This document shows, piece after piece, positions 14,233 to 25,554 of a DNA stretch of 64,000 nucleotides (positions within the stretch are counted from its first letter, which is position 1; each line of letters starts with the position of its first letter). The stretch covers positions 45,535,586 through 45,599,585 of the forward strand of contig CM074518.1 in NCBI GenBank assembly GCA_037379345.1, written 5' to 3'. The notes below the pieces were generated by a model, which saw only the letters and a program-made list of their open reading frames with translations, searched no databases and was not told where the DNA came from. A program made the position numbers and the translations under genes. Source of the DNA: Perna viridis (Eukaryota).

Positions 14233-16916
14233 TTTTAAGTCCAAAAAGCTGAAAAGTAGCTACCACTACTCCGGAAAAGTACCTCAACATGACCCAAAAT
14301 GTTAATTTTTAACAAAGTGGCATTAACGAACTTTTCATAAAAAAAAATTCTGAATTTTAAATTTTCTTCAATTTCACCTGTAATGGGGACCTTTTTCAAA
14401 TACCGTACGTCAAATACATTTATATAGCATCTTATCTTTCTAGTAAGGGACATAACTCTTGAAATCAGTGATATGTTTCTATCATATTCAATTTCACAAC
14501 AGCCAATCAAGCTTTCATTTGAAACACAATGAAATCAGTCCAAGTTACTATGATACTTACATGAGATTGATGTAAAAAGTATTAACGTTCCAATGATTTT
14601 TAAGAGTTGTGTCCCTTACCCTAGGTCTACCTCCTTGAATGCGTCAAAATCCCCCAAAAATATGGTCTGAACCTGAACACAGGAATCAAAAACGATCTAC
14701 GTACACTATGTAGCGAGCCGAACAAAATAAGTTACAAATAAGGAAACAAAATGTCACACGAAAAAAAAACTACAGCGCTAGCATAATATATCCAAGAAAA
14801 ACTGGGAGTGATATCAGGTCACTCAGGTGCTTCGGAAGCGTAAGTATATCCTGCACCAGCAATCGTACCCGTCATATTGAAATTAAGTAATTTAACTTTC
14901 TGTCTAAACTAAATGCATAAATTGTTGTGCAACTACGAAAAAAAATCATGAGCAACCTTGACTCCACTTTTAACCAGGAGCATGGACCAGGGGCACTGGT
15001 GTGGTAAGTGTATTGATGAATACAACATAACAACACTTTAATCTTGTAGCGTCATCATAAAGGTTTCGGGAGAAATAAAATAGTGATTTGAGCAATATTA
15101 TTTGTTTCGTTTAGCTCACGGTAGTATTTTTTTCGTTGGTAATTATAAATATAAAAAAATATTTTTCGTATTGATAAATATACTTTTATACATTTACACC
15201 CTTGACAGTTGAATGTTACAAAAATATATAGATTTGCACTTTATATGTAATTTCTAACACAGATCTCACTAACTAACGTTTCCATTACTTTACATGTTAA
15301 AAAGTATTTTTCAAAGTTTCGCTGTGAATTCTCAGGATAAATGACATCTCAAAGTTGCAAACCAGTGTGAAACTTTGAAAAAAAAGGATTTCAAAATTAT
15401 TATGCTAATGCTATGATGATTGTAGAATTTAAAAATAATACTGAAAATCCACGTTTTTACCTTGTCCGCTAACTGACGGCGCTAGCATGCAAGCATGCCG
15501 ACAAATTACTCACACATGTAAACAATATTCATACACTTTTGTAGTAAATAACAATTTTTGTTCAGAATACACAGAAACAAAACACTTACAATGCATAGAT
15601 CTAGATTCAGTGTTTTAAGTACTACATAGGGGTGGCCATTTGACCAGAAAAAGAAAAAGTAAGACCATTATACAGTTTGGTAGGAATGGTATCAATCCAT
15701 TCTCATGGGAATTTGATAAGTATCAAGGCAGGTGTTTGGCAAGAATTAGATGCGCATGTTCTTAAAATACATAGCCTAGAAAACTAGTATGAACTCCCAC
15801 ATAAAAGCTGTGAATGACATTAGATGCTAGGATAGCATATCCTGCTCTGCCAGCGGCACCTGTCACATTACAATTGAGAAAAATGCGGTAAAACAATAAT
15901 GTAGCTCCCCGACACACTTAATCAAGGCGGGTCACAAACAGGTCCTATCAAAAACAAAGGCGCTGTTCACACCTAGGCGATACCATTTTATTTATCTAAA
16001 TTTTATTATTGTTAATTATGTAAAAAATATAGAAATACAAATGTAGTAAAAAACATATGAAATTAAATTCAACAAGACATGAAGCAGAAACAAACCAATC
16101 TAGTCGTGCAACCTGGGCCCCATAAAAAATTGAAAAAGCGCCCTACTCTTTGTTCGAAACACAAATTTCCCTTGTATACCCTTTGCACTTCTTATTATAA
16201 AATTATTACATAATCAACCGAAATTTCATGAGTCTGAATTTTTACATCATGCTGAATTTTTTTAAATAAATCAATTTTGAAATAAATAAATACTTCTAAA
16301 ACCCAATTTCCCTTCTCCAAATATAAAATCCCCACCCATGCATAGGAAATTCGTTTGAGCATCCTACAAAATGTTGACTATATTGTTAAATTTGTGGTTA
16401 CGCCTTTCAATGTCAGTGGTCGCAAACATCCGTTTGTTGCTATTTTATCAATATATATTTCCTATTATTATGAAAAACAGGATACTAAGAACAAAACATC
16501 TCTATTTCATACCTTATAACATAATATTCCTGTTGTGATACCTCCTTTAAAAATGATGACAAGGAAAATTTGAAAAGGGGAGGGGGCCAAAATGGTTAAT
16601 ATATTGAGCAGAGGAAATGCATTTGAACGAAATAATGTTCAAAAGAAATTTGATTATTTATTCCATAGTATGAATAAACGCAATTTAATTAATCTATTCA
16701 ATAAAGTAAAAACAACGCATAATATCTGACCGTAATGATTGGTTACCCTTTTAGTATATAATAATTTGAAAGGGCACAGTAATGTGTTTGTTCAGATGCT
16801 GAAATACGTGGGTGGGAATCTTATAAAAGGTCATGCTCCAACAAATCCTCGAGCATCTTTTCAAGACACCTGCCAGCTCCGCTGATTGGTAAATTCATTT
16901 TTTTATTTTTTTTATC

Positions 16917-16989
16917 ATGAATATATTTTAACAGTCTTTCTTAGTTGTTTTTGTTTCTTTGATTTATCTGTTTTTTACGTTGAGTTATG
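16917..16989 (+). other. Candidate signal-peptide exon 1 of the 36255-42605 gene, with an in-frame TAA
   Basis: TATAAAA at 16822. Reads MNIF*QSFLVVFVSLIYLFFTLSY-G|gtatgt. The phase-1 donor is compatible with the phase-1 exon at 36255. Confidence 0.35.
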
Positions 16990-18899
16990 GTATGTATTGT
17001 TTTTCCTTAGGATCCAACTGAGGCTGCACAAATTTAAAGGGATCCACTGTCATATCTGTGCACGTAACCTTATATTATTGATTGCACGACATATGATAAT
17101 TGTAACTAATGGTATTTCGTCGGAATATTTCTGTCTACCAATTTTATTAGTCAGATGGCTGTGTAACTAAAGTCATCCTTTTATAAGGCACATACCATTT
17201 CCTATTGAAAAGGGCGGTGGGGCTTGGGATAATTTTGAAAAAAAAATCAAAATTTGAGCAAACCTTTTTTTAACTCAGGCATGGACAGAAAAAATATGAT
17301 TCAATATTTTCCCGAATACTTAACTATGTAGATTTTTAAAAAGCAATAGTGTGTAGCTTTGGCTATTATCAAATTAGTTTTAAAAAAACAAAATGAAATA
17401 GTGATTCACTTTATATCAATAACACAAACTTTTAGTACTAAGGAAAATCATTACTGTATAGTTGATTTAATAAGACATACAGTTTTTTTTGTATGTTTGT
17501 TTATTTTTTTAGTTGTTAATTTGTTTGTTTGTTTTTTTTCCTTTCTTTCTTGTTTTGTTGTTGTTTTTGTTTTCTATTTTTTCTTTATCTTAAAAAAAGA
17601 TAAGTTATTGCAAAATCTCCGTATCCATTTATTTGCATAATTATACATTTTGAAATCATGATTTATAACCTTCCTAATATGTGCAACAATAAACCAGCAT
17701 TTCCTGCATACGTGATTAACATCTCGAAGTTGATTTGTGGTACAAAAGTTCGCGGTAATTAATAAGATCTTCGAAAACGCCACCCTGATTTTGTCGTCCG
17801 CTTATAACTATGGATACAAGAAAGTGCGCCTTTATCCGTCCTCTAAAATATTTCTGTCGGTATCAAGTGTTTTTAGCAAATAACTTTGTAACAACTGCAC
17901 ACAAAATGTGCTTTTACTACTGCAGTAGCAACTTAACACCGAGTTGACTACTCTTTTACCCCTTGTGCATAACACATTGAAACTTACATCGGAACTGTTT
18001 TGACATCTACGGAAGAGATGGGAGTTTTGGCTAATCATAAAATGTTTTAACCCACCATTGAATTCTAAAATGCCTGTACCAAGTCTGGAGTTAATGACTA
18101 ATTACATTTTTTTCTATTAATCTTTGATTTTGCAAGTTTGTTTCATGTTCTTCCCATTTTGTAATTTACATTATTTACATTTAATTATATATCAAGTTTA
18201 TGGTAGATCCAAATCCTGAAATCAATTCTAGGCTGCAAATTTGGTATAAATTTCCCTTTAGCGGCGTTCGAATCTCTACTTTGCTCTGACATCCATGGCA
18301 ACAATACTTGTACTTACGACAAACGCTCAAGACCACTTGATCAACAAGGCATTTCAATAACGCACAATACGTATATATGTGTTATTAAGCCAACACGTGA
18401 CATTTTTGTGCACGAAAAAAATCTCAACACGAGATAGTTTACACAATGTATACTTATTAAAAAAAGAAAAATAACTAGTTTTCCAAAGTGTTATTATAAC
18501 GAAAAGGAGTAGCGATGTGAAGTCCTTGGACAAGGCAATACCAAAATAGATGACAAGCGCGGCCAATCGTGCAACAGAATGAACCGAAAAACAAACTAAC
18601 AAACAAAAAAAGCAAAGGACAGTTCTAACCGTACCGAAAATATGGCCGAATTTTATGTGTGCCGGAAGGATTGACTACTTGCGATCCTCGGAATACATCC
18701 ACCGTACTGCTTGTCGAACTTTTTTACCTGTGAAAGAGGAAAGATACATATGACAGATGGAGGTCGTTTGTCATACGAGCACTCAGTATTGGTCAATCGT
18801 GGTGAAGGCCATAGAATTTTAACTATAACGACTTTGAACTAAGGGCGATATATCCTCGTCCAGGCGGTTTTTTCTTGAATAGCTGAATACAATATTTTA

Positions 18900-19850
18900 A
18901 ATTAGATCGGCGAAATAATAATAATAATGTATATAAAGCAAATGAGTTGAGAGACAAATACACAGAAGCCGCTAGTACGATACGACATAGGCAATTATAG
19001 TTGATAATGAGGAAATCAAAATCGGGTTAACTTGAAAGCTTTCTTCTTTGAGGTTTATTTAACATGTTTGTTAAACCCAAACTCTTTTGGGAATATGCAA
19101 TGAAGATAGTAAACTAATATAATATTTAATATTAAAACCAGCATATATGACACTATAGCATAACCTGAAACTAACTCCTTTGTTCCTTTGGATGGAGTAA
19201 GTCGGCCTTAAAAGGTGTAGGAACAAATCTGCAAGTAAAGGTGCAAACAGTGGCACCCAAACGAATGTCTACAGTCTGCCAATTACCAATAAGACTGTTT
19301 GTGAAAATAGTTTTATTTCAGTCAAAAATATTTGTTGGATTCAGAATAATTTTTACCAGACTTAGATTTCTCATGGTATGCGGAAGGGTGACCGTGTTTC
19401 CCGTCCGTTGTGAAAAAAAAATAACAAGCATTCGTTCAAATAAATATATTCCCAGATATTTTTTCGTGTCTTCAGATTTAATTTGCATACATGGACTTAA
19501 ATTAGGCAAGATCTTATTTCGCGATTACCCAAACCTTGCCAATATAGCGAACTTCGATTGCGAAAGTATCTTTGTATCTTATTTTAATAGGTCTGCACTA
19601 CATTTACTTTCAGCGTGCTAGGTTCAAAAAGAAGGATGTACACAACCGCTGTATTATTCCTTGTTCTGACAGCAGCCAAATACTGCTTGGGTAAGATAAC
19701 AATACTGTTCTGAAGTAATGTTATGCAAACTAGTGTCAATTTGAAGAACTGTGGAGTGTATTAGTTTCCTAATGTATGTGAATTGAATGGAAGGAATTGG
19801 GTATACTTGATGCATACTCCTTCAACGTAAGAGGTTGGAATTCCGTACCC
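18900..19850 (-). pseudogene. Highly decayed Penelope-like reverse transcriptase fragment
   Basis: Minus-strand remnants APLLADLFL (after a degenerate QxVGIPMG motif), DFDFLIIN and FVSQLI, with many frameshifts. Confidence 0.45.
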
Positions 19851-20504
19851 CCATACCCAAACCTCTTACTTCCGAGCGCCATATTGCATACCGCTCGTAC
19901 CGACGTTCTTTGAAATCGGTAGAATAATTGTAGAATATTTACCATTTAAAACATTTTATATAGTTTATTTACCATAACAAGGGAGAAGGTGAATAAACTA
20001 AAAAAAAAAACAAGAAATGACATACCTGATTAGAAAATGCAGAAATCCTGGAAGTAAAAGCTGTTTAAATGAACACATTTGGTTTTTAGCCTTTTGATTC
20101 TGTAATTCCAGCCGATAAAATTACGGATTTTAAAATTTGCGAAACGAATATCTTACATTAACCAACGAATTGCCTTTACCAAATTTAAGTTCGTTTTGTC
20201 AAAAATATATTGTATTCCATAAAATTAGTGACCTAATTCAAAATGACTGGTCACTTTGATATAAACTGTCTTCATTACACGTTTTTTAGGTATTTAAAAG
20301 ATATTAAGGATTTTTATCACTTGATTTCCGGTAGGTTAAACTTATTTTATATCAATAAAAGACTTAAAATATTTTAAAACACATGTTTAGCTAATTCACA
20401 TTTGCGGTGGCTTTCAACATGTCAGATGCTAGTGGTTTGGGTGGCACCGTCAGGAAATAGCTTGCCAGACAAGCTATAGCACTGCTGGGGTAACTTAATT
20501 GATG

Positions 20505-20588
20505 CAATGAATTTTCATATCACAACTCATACGTTTTGCCAGAGCTTGCCGTAACTGCGCAGACATTTTGTATCGCGCTAGACTTCTT
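20505..20588 (+). mobile_element. 5' part of the Penelope-like RT C-terminal fragment split by the Polinton
   Basis: Reads ISQLIRFARACRNCADILYRARLL and continues after the Polinton at 35352 as TSRLLEQGY. An uninterrupted paralogue lies at 36780-37378. Confidence 0.8.
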
Positions 20589-20744
20589 AGTAGTGAGAAA
20601 ATGACAGTTTTGCCCCACCGGCTATTTTCAAACAGAAATCCTGCATAAACCCCCAAAATTTCGGGCTCCGGGTGCAAATGGATCTCGAGCGAGTCAGGAT
20701 GCTGAAAAGTGCTTTGGGGCGAGGCATCAGGGGTGTGGAGGGTC
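20589..20744 (+). repeat. Polinton left terminal inverted repeat (156 bp)
   Basis: Reverse complement of 35190-35345 with 5 mismatches by manual alignment. Confidence 0.95.
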
Positions 20745-22719
20745 TTTTCCGACGGGGAGATGCCTCGTCGGAAAAGATTATTTTCTAGCGTAATTCTTAG
20801 TAAATTATCTCCCCCGATTGTGGGAAAAATAGCATTTCTTTTCAATTTATTCGCGCCGTAGACTAAGGAGAGGAGAAAGAACCCCTCCAGATTTCCTAGA
20901 ATATGCTATTGGTGAGATTTCAATAATTTCCACTGGGGTCCGAAGGCATGCGGGAAAAAATTTGCAAATTATTTAGGCCATATGCAAATTTCCCTCACCT
21001 TCTCCCAAGCAATTACTGGAATTAGGTAGTATAAATATCGGTCGAACCTATTTTCTTAATAATACTATGCACAAGCTTGGTGATCGAGAAATATCACCAT
21101 CCCATCTTAAAAAATTGAATGGTATAAATAAAATCATGCCATCCAAGATAATAATAGATTCCGTTTGCGTAGAAAGCAGGCAGATGCAAAACTTCATCAC
21201 CCGAAAAGCAGAAATTCTGCAATACCCCACTGAAAAGGAGGAAGGGGCAGCTTTGCCAGGGCAAACCGGGGGAAGACGGACTTTGCTGGAGGCACTCCTC
21301 GCGGCAATACGACGCCGATCGGAGGAAAATTTCGGGTGGTCGAGACCATGGGGGAACTTAGGAAAATCGCCAAGGAGGAAGGGGTGAAGGGATATAGTAG
21401 AAAAAATAATTTCGACTTGATGCGGCTCATCGAGACGGCCACCAACCGGAAATTCAAACGTCGGGAAGCATTCACCAGGAAGCAGATCAAGGCGATTGCG
21501 AGGCGGAGGGGGATCACCAATATCTCCAGGTTGAGGAAAGATCAGCTGGTCAAGAAGGTGAAACAGCATTGAAGAGGCGGCAGACCAGATCGAGGTTACG
21601 CACAAGCGGGAGGCCTTGGGAGGGGCATTCCGCACAGTGACTACCAAGCCCAAGACTCAGCAGGACGTGGAGACATTCATCAAGCTGAGCTGGGGAACCA
21701 TCCGAAGCACGATTTCGGAGGGGCTGGCGGAAAAGAGGGGATTGAAAGCGGAGATAATCCTCCACGTGGAGATGGTAAAGATCAGCCCGGTGACCGGCAA
21801 GAATATCTACGCTAACCCAAAGTTCCGGTCGGCCTTGAAGGTCATCACCGAGTCCGCTGACTTGGACGAAGTGATAGCGCAGATGGAGGATAAGGTCATT
21901 GAGAGCTTGGCAAATTACCAGGCTGGGGGAGCGGGTGGATCTTTGGGCACGTTGAGAAGCTGGAGATTCAGCTGAATGAAGACTGGCGTAGACGGAATCG
22001 TGCAGCTACTGGAGCGCATGATGAAGACCACCATCCAGAAGGTAGAAGGAGGCGAGCCGTCCAAACCCCACACTAAGATCCTCCAGAAGCACATACCATC
22101 AGGATTCTGCTACCACATCAAGTGCTTCGATGAGACGGTATACGCCAAGGAGCCGGTGATCCACACCATGCAGCGGGAGGGGGAGGACGTGGCCCAGATC
22201 TTCGTGGACCGGCTTACGAAGGATATCCGGGATATATATCAGCAGAACGATTTCAAGAAGCCCATGGCGATGACGGAGGAAGATAAGATCGCCTTCGCGG
22301 AAGCCGCCAAGTGCTTCATCTGCGACCAAGAGCTTGGGGAGGTTAAGGTGAGGGACCATTGCCACTTCACGGGCAAATTCCGGGGGGCCGCGCATAATGA
22401 ATGCAATCTGAACTATCAGGCGCCGAAATTTATCCCGGTCATCTTCCATAATCTGGCAGGCTACGATGCCCATCTCTTCATCAAGGCACTAGGGGCCACT
22501 GAGGGCAAGATCGACTGCATCCCCAACACTGAGGAGCGCTACATATCATTCACCAAGAGCGTGGCGGTCGGCTCATATACGGATAAGAAGGGGAAGATGA
22601 AGACTCTCTATCAGCACCTGCGATTCATCGATAGTTTCAAGTTCATGGGGGCAAGCCTGCAGAAGCTGGTAGAATCTACGCCGGCCGATGCATTCACCAA
22701 TATGAGGTGGGAATTTGGG

Positions 22720-23720
22720 GCCAAGCCGATGGATCCGGGACTCTTCAAGATCGGGCACTTTGAGACGGAGAATGGGCGAAGCATCACCTTGCGCGAAGTG
22801 ATCGACCGGGAAAAGCTGAAGCATATCGTGACGCACCCGGAAGATTACGAGCTGGGGAGTCGATATATCAAGGGGGAGAAAGTGGATAAGGAGGGGGGAT
22901 GAGGCAGATCATGGAGCAGGTAACCATTTGAATCCTGTCCTGTCCTGCATAAGCTCGCAGGATTACTTGGCCCGCACCAATGCCCTGGGTGAGTGCCCGA
23001 TGCGATATTACCAGCATCACGGCTTTGGGAGATATTGGACCGGCGAGAAGATTGGCCTCCAGAATATCAGCCGCCGCATCCGGCATACCCTCTGCGCAGA
23101 TCATATGATCGATATCGATATGAAGAATGCGCATCCGACTCTGCTCTCCTGGTATTGCCACGAAAATGGCATCGCGTGCACGGGGCTCGACGCATATATC
23201 TCCGACCAGGAGAAGCTAATCGCGGACCTGATGGCCTACGAGGGAATCAAGCGGGACGACGCCAAAACCTACCTGTTCGCCATCATCAATGGGAAGATCG
23301 TCAGGCTCAAGCATGACGCTCCGACCTGGCTCCGGGACTACTAGGGGGGATGAGGCAGATCATGGAGCAGGTAACCATTTGAATCCTGTCCTGTCCTGCA
23401 TAAGCTCGCCTGCGAATCAAAGGAGAAGAGGGGGACGGACTACAATATCGAGGGGACAACCATGAATTACGTCATGTGCTCCCTGGAAAATAAGACTCTG
23501 ATGGCGGCCTTCGACTACCTGACCGAGCAGGAGATCCAGGTGGGGGTGCTAGTATTCGATGGGCTTATGATTCATAAAAAGGGGGTTCCACGCACCAGGC
23601 TGCCCGAGATTCTCCAAGGCTGATCTCAGAGGGTGAAGGAGGTCGTCGGGGCTGATATCACCTTCACGGTCAAGGAGATGGATGAAGGGTACGATATCCC
23701 CACCGCGGCGATCGGGCAGA
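22720..23720 (+). pseudogene. TVpol-like (family A DNA polymerase-related, putative primase-polymerase) domain nested in pPolB
   Basis: GFGRYW..GLQNISRRIRHTL, motif A DIDMKNAHPTLL (23111-23146), motif B RDDAKTYLFAIING (23252-23293), NIEGTTMNYVMCSLENKTL, motif C GVLVFDGLMI (~23543-23572), end FTVKEMD. Recognised by motif only, no search run. Confidence 0.8.
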
Positions 23721-23743
23721 GGTGGACCACTTAGATCTGCTGC

Positions 23744-25554
23744 GGGTACAGGTCAACTCGTACCTTCGGCAACTCGTACCCAACAAACTCGTACCTTTGC
23801 CAACTCGTACCTTTCTATATAAATTTGTATTCTTTATTATAGAGTGTAGAAATGACTCAATCTTAAAAGAAAAAAAAAAGAAAACAAGATGATGAGATAT
23901 ATTTATTTACATACAAAGAATAACATTTAGCATAACAAGCAACAAGAAACAATTATAATGCAGAACAGTAGAAGTTGATATCTTCTTCACCAGTTACTAA
24001 CTGTTGATACAGCTCACTGGAAATACCTACAAAACAAGCATATAAAATATATTTTAAAGTCATTTGACAGAGCGTCTTGTTTTTTGTTCATAATTTTATT
24101 TGTAACTAGACATGTTACCCCAAATTTAGTCATATATTAAATATTTAACAATTTTATTTTACTTGAAATATCTGTAGAAATATATTTATTATTAAAATTA
24201 TGATTTCGTTAAGGAATAGACGTAACCTAATATTGTATAAAATTTGGAATAATACCAACAGCAACAGTGATAATTTTTTTTATGAAACGCGAATCTAAAT
24301 TTAATTAACTTCATGATTGTTGTCACGCTTATTCAATTACACCAACACACGTGCCAGCGAGTTTATTAAACACCCCTGTGTAATAAGATTAAAATGCGCG
24401 TGTAGCAAAATTGAAGTAAACATGGGCCCAATATATACCCTTCCGCATTCTACGGACAATGAAAACATTTGCAAAACATCTACGGTATACAGGGACAGTA
24501 ATCATTAAATTGTATTACATTCTTATATTTATATAAGGAAATTTTCACAATACATAAATTCGTTGAACACTTTTAAAATATAATTATAATCTTGTTATAA
24601 GAGCATAATTTTATTTATTTGTGAAAAAAATAACCAAAAAAAAAAACAACAAAGAACAAAAATAAATTTACCAGTATTACATAATCTGTGCTGCCAGTCA
24701 TTGCAGGTATCACACTGTAGAGCATCTTGGCGTAATGTTACTGTCTTCTTACAATCTGCACACCTTGGTCGCACCATGGTGGCAATCGAAATATTATGCG
24801 AACTTCCATGGATATGTCTTTTATATCGTCATTTTTAGCTTGGTTTTTACAAAATACAAATCTTACATTTCCTTTGAAGCCAACAGATTGTTAGTACAAG
24901 CATTTCTCATACATCTTTGAAGTATCAAACCGGCATCCGAAACCATACTTATTGTTTTTACAATTATTGCTATTTAACCATCGTAAAAACTAATTTGCTT
25001 ATACAAATATTACTCATTAAGCTTTGATGTAGCATAATATAAACTTAATTGTCCTGCTAATCATTAATTACCTATAATTTTTATTTTCATTTTCCAAATA
25101 AATTAATTAGAATGGCCCTTTATTTTTTAATGATCACCGTATTAATTATTTTACTATCAATCAAACGTCTTATTTCTTTTTCAAAATAAATTAATTAGAA
25201 TGACCCTTTATTTTTTTAATGATCACCGTATTAATTAATTTACTATCAATCAAACAAACGTCTTATTTCTTTTTCAAAATTTTATTATTATCCCAATCAA
25301 AATGTATATCTTAATTCTCAAAATGTGCGTCTAATTTTTGCACACAAACACGTGCCATATATATTATAAAAATATAGACTATGTATTAATTCTCAAAATG
25401 TTTATTTTATTTCCCAAAATGTATATTTTATTTCCTAAAATGTATATTTTACACGCATTATCTATTTTGTTATAAATATATAGAAAGGTACGAGTTGGAA
25501 AAGGTACGAGTTTGTTGGGTACGAGTTGCCGAAGGTACGAGTTGACATAGATTC
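23744..25554 (-). mobile_element. Non-autonomous Mutator-like (MULE, Rehavkus/foldback-type) DNA transposon, 1811 bp, inserted in pPolB
   Basis: 9-bp TSD ATCTGCTGC (23735-23743 / 25555-25563). 69-bp subterminal inverted repeats (23752-23820 / 25478-25546, 1 mismatch) built of four AACTCGTACC units. AT-rich interior. Removing it restores DHLDLLLRKGVYPY. Confidence 0.9.
23953..24777 (-). CDS. Spliced 59-aa PHD-finger minigene in the MULE (exons 24777-24672 and 24026-23953)
   Basis: MVRPRCADCKKTVTLRQDALQCDTCNDWQHRLCNT-G|gtaaat ... ttttgtag|GISSELYQQLVTGEEDINFYCSAL*. Splice phases match. C4HC3 pattern with the last Cys missing. Confidence 0.7.

Noticed and set aside
18255-18352. tRNA-like A/B boxes on the minus strand
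   Set aside because: No convincing cloverleaf. At most a decayed SINE head
22310-22415. Endonuclease VII-like domain within pPolB as a novelty
   Set aside because: Already a known feature of this group of Maverick polymerases
22720-23720. Intein or self-splicing intron explanation for the pPolB insert
   Set aside because: No Cys/Ser start with His-Asn end, no LAGLIDADG motifs and no intron boundaries. The motifs are polymerase-like
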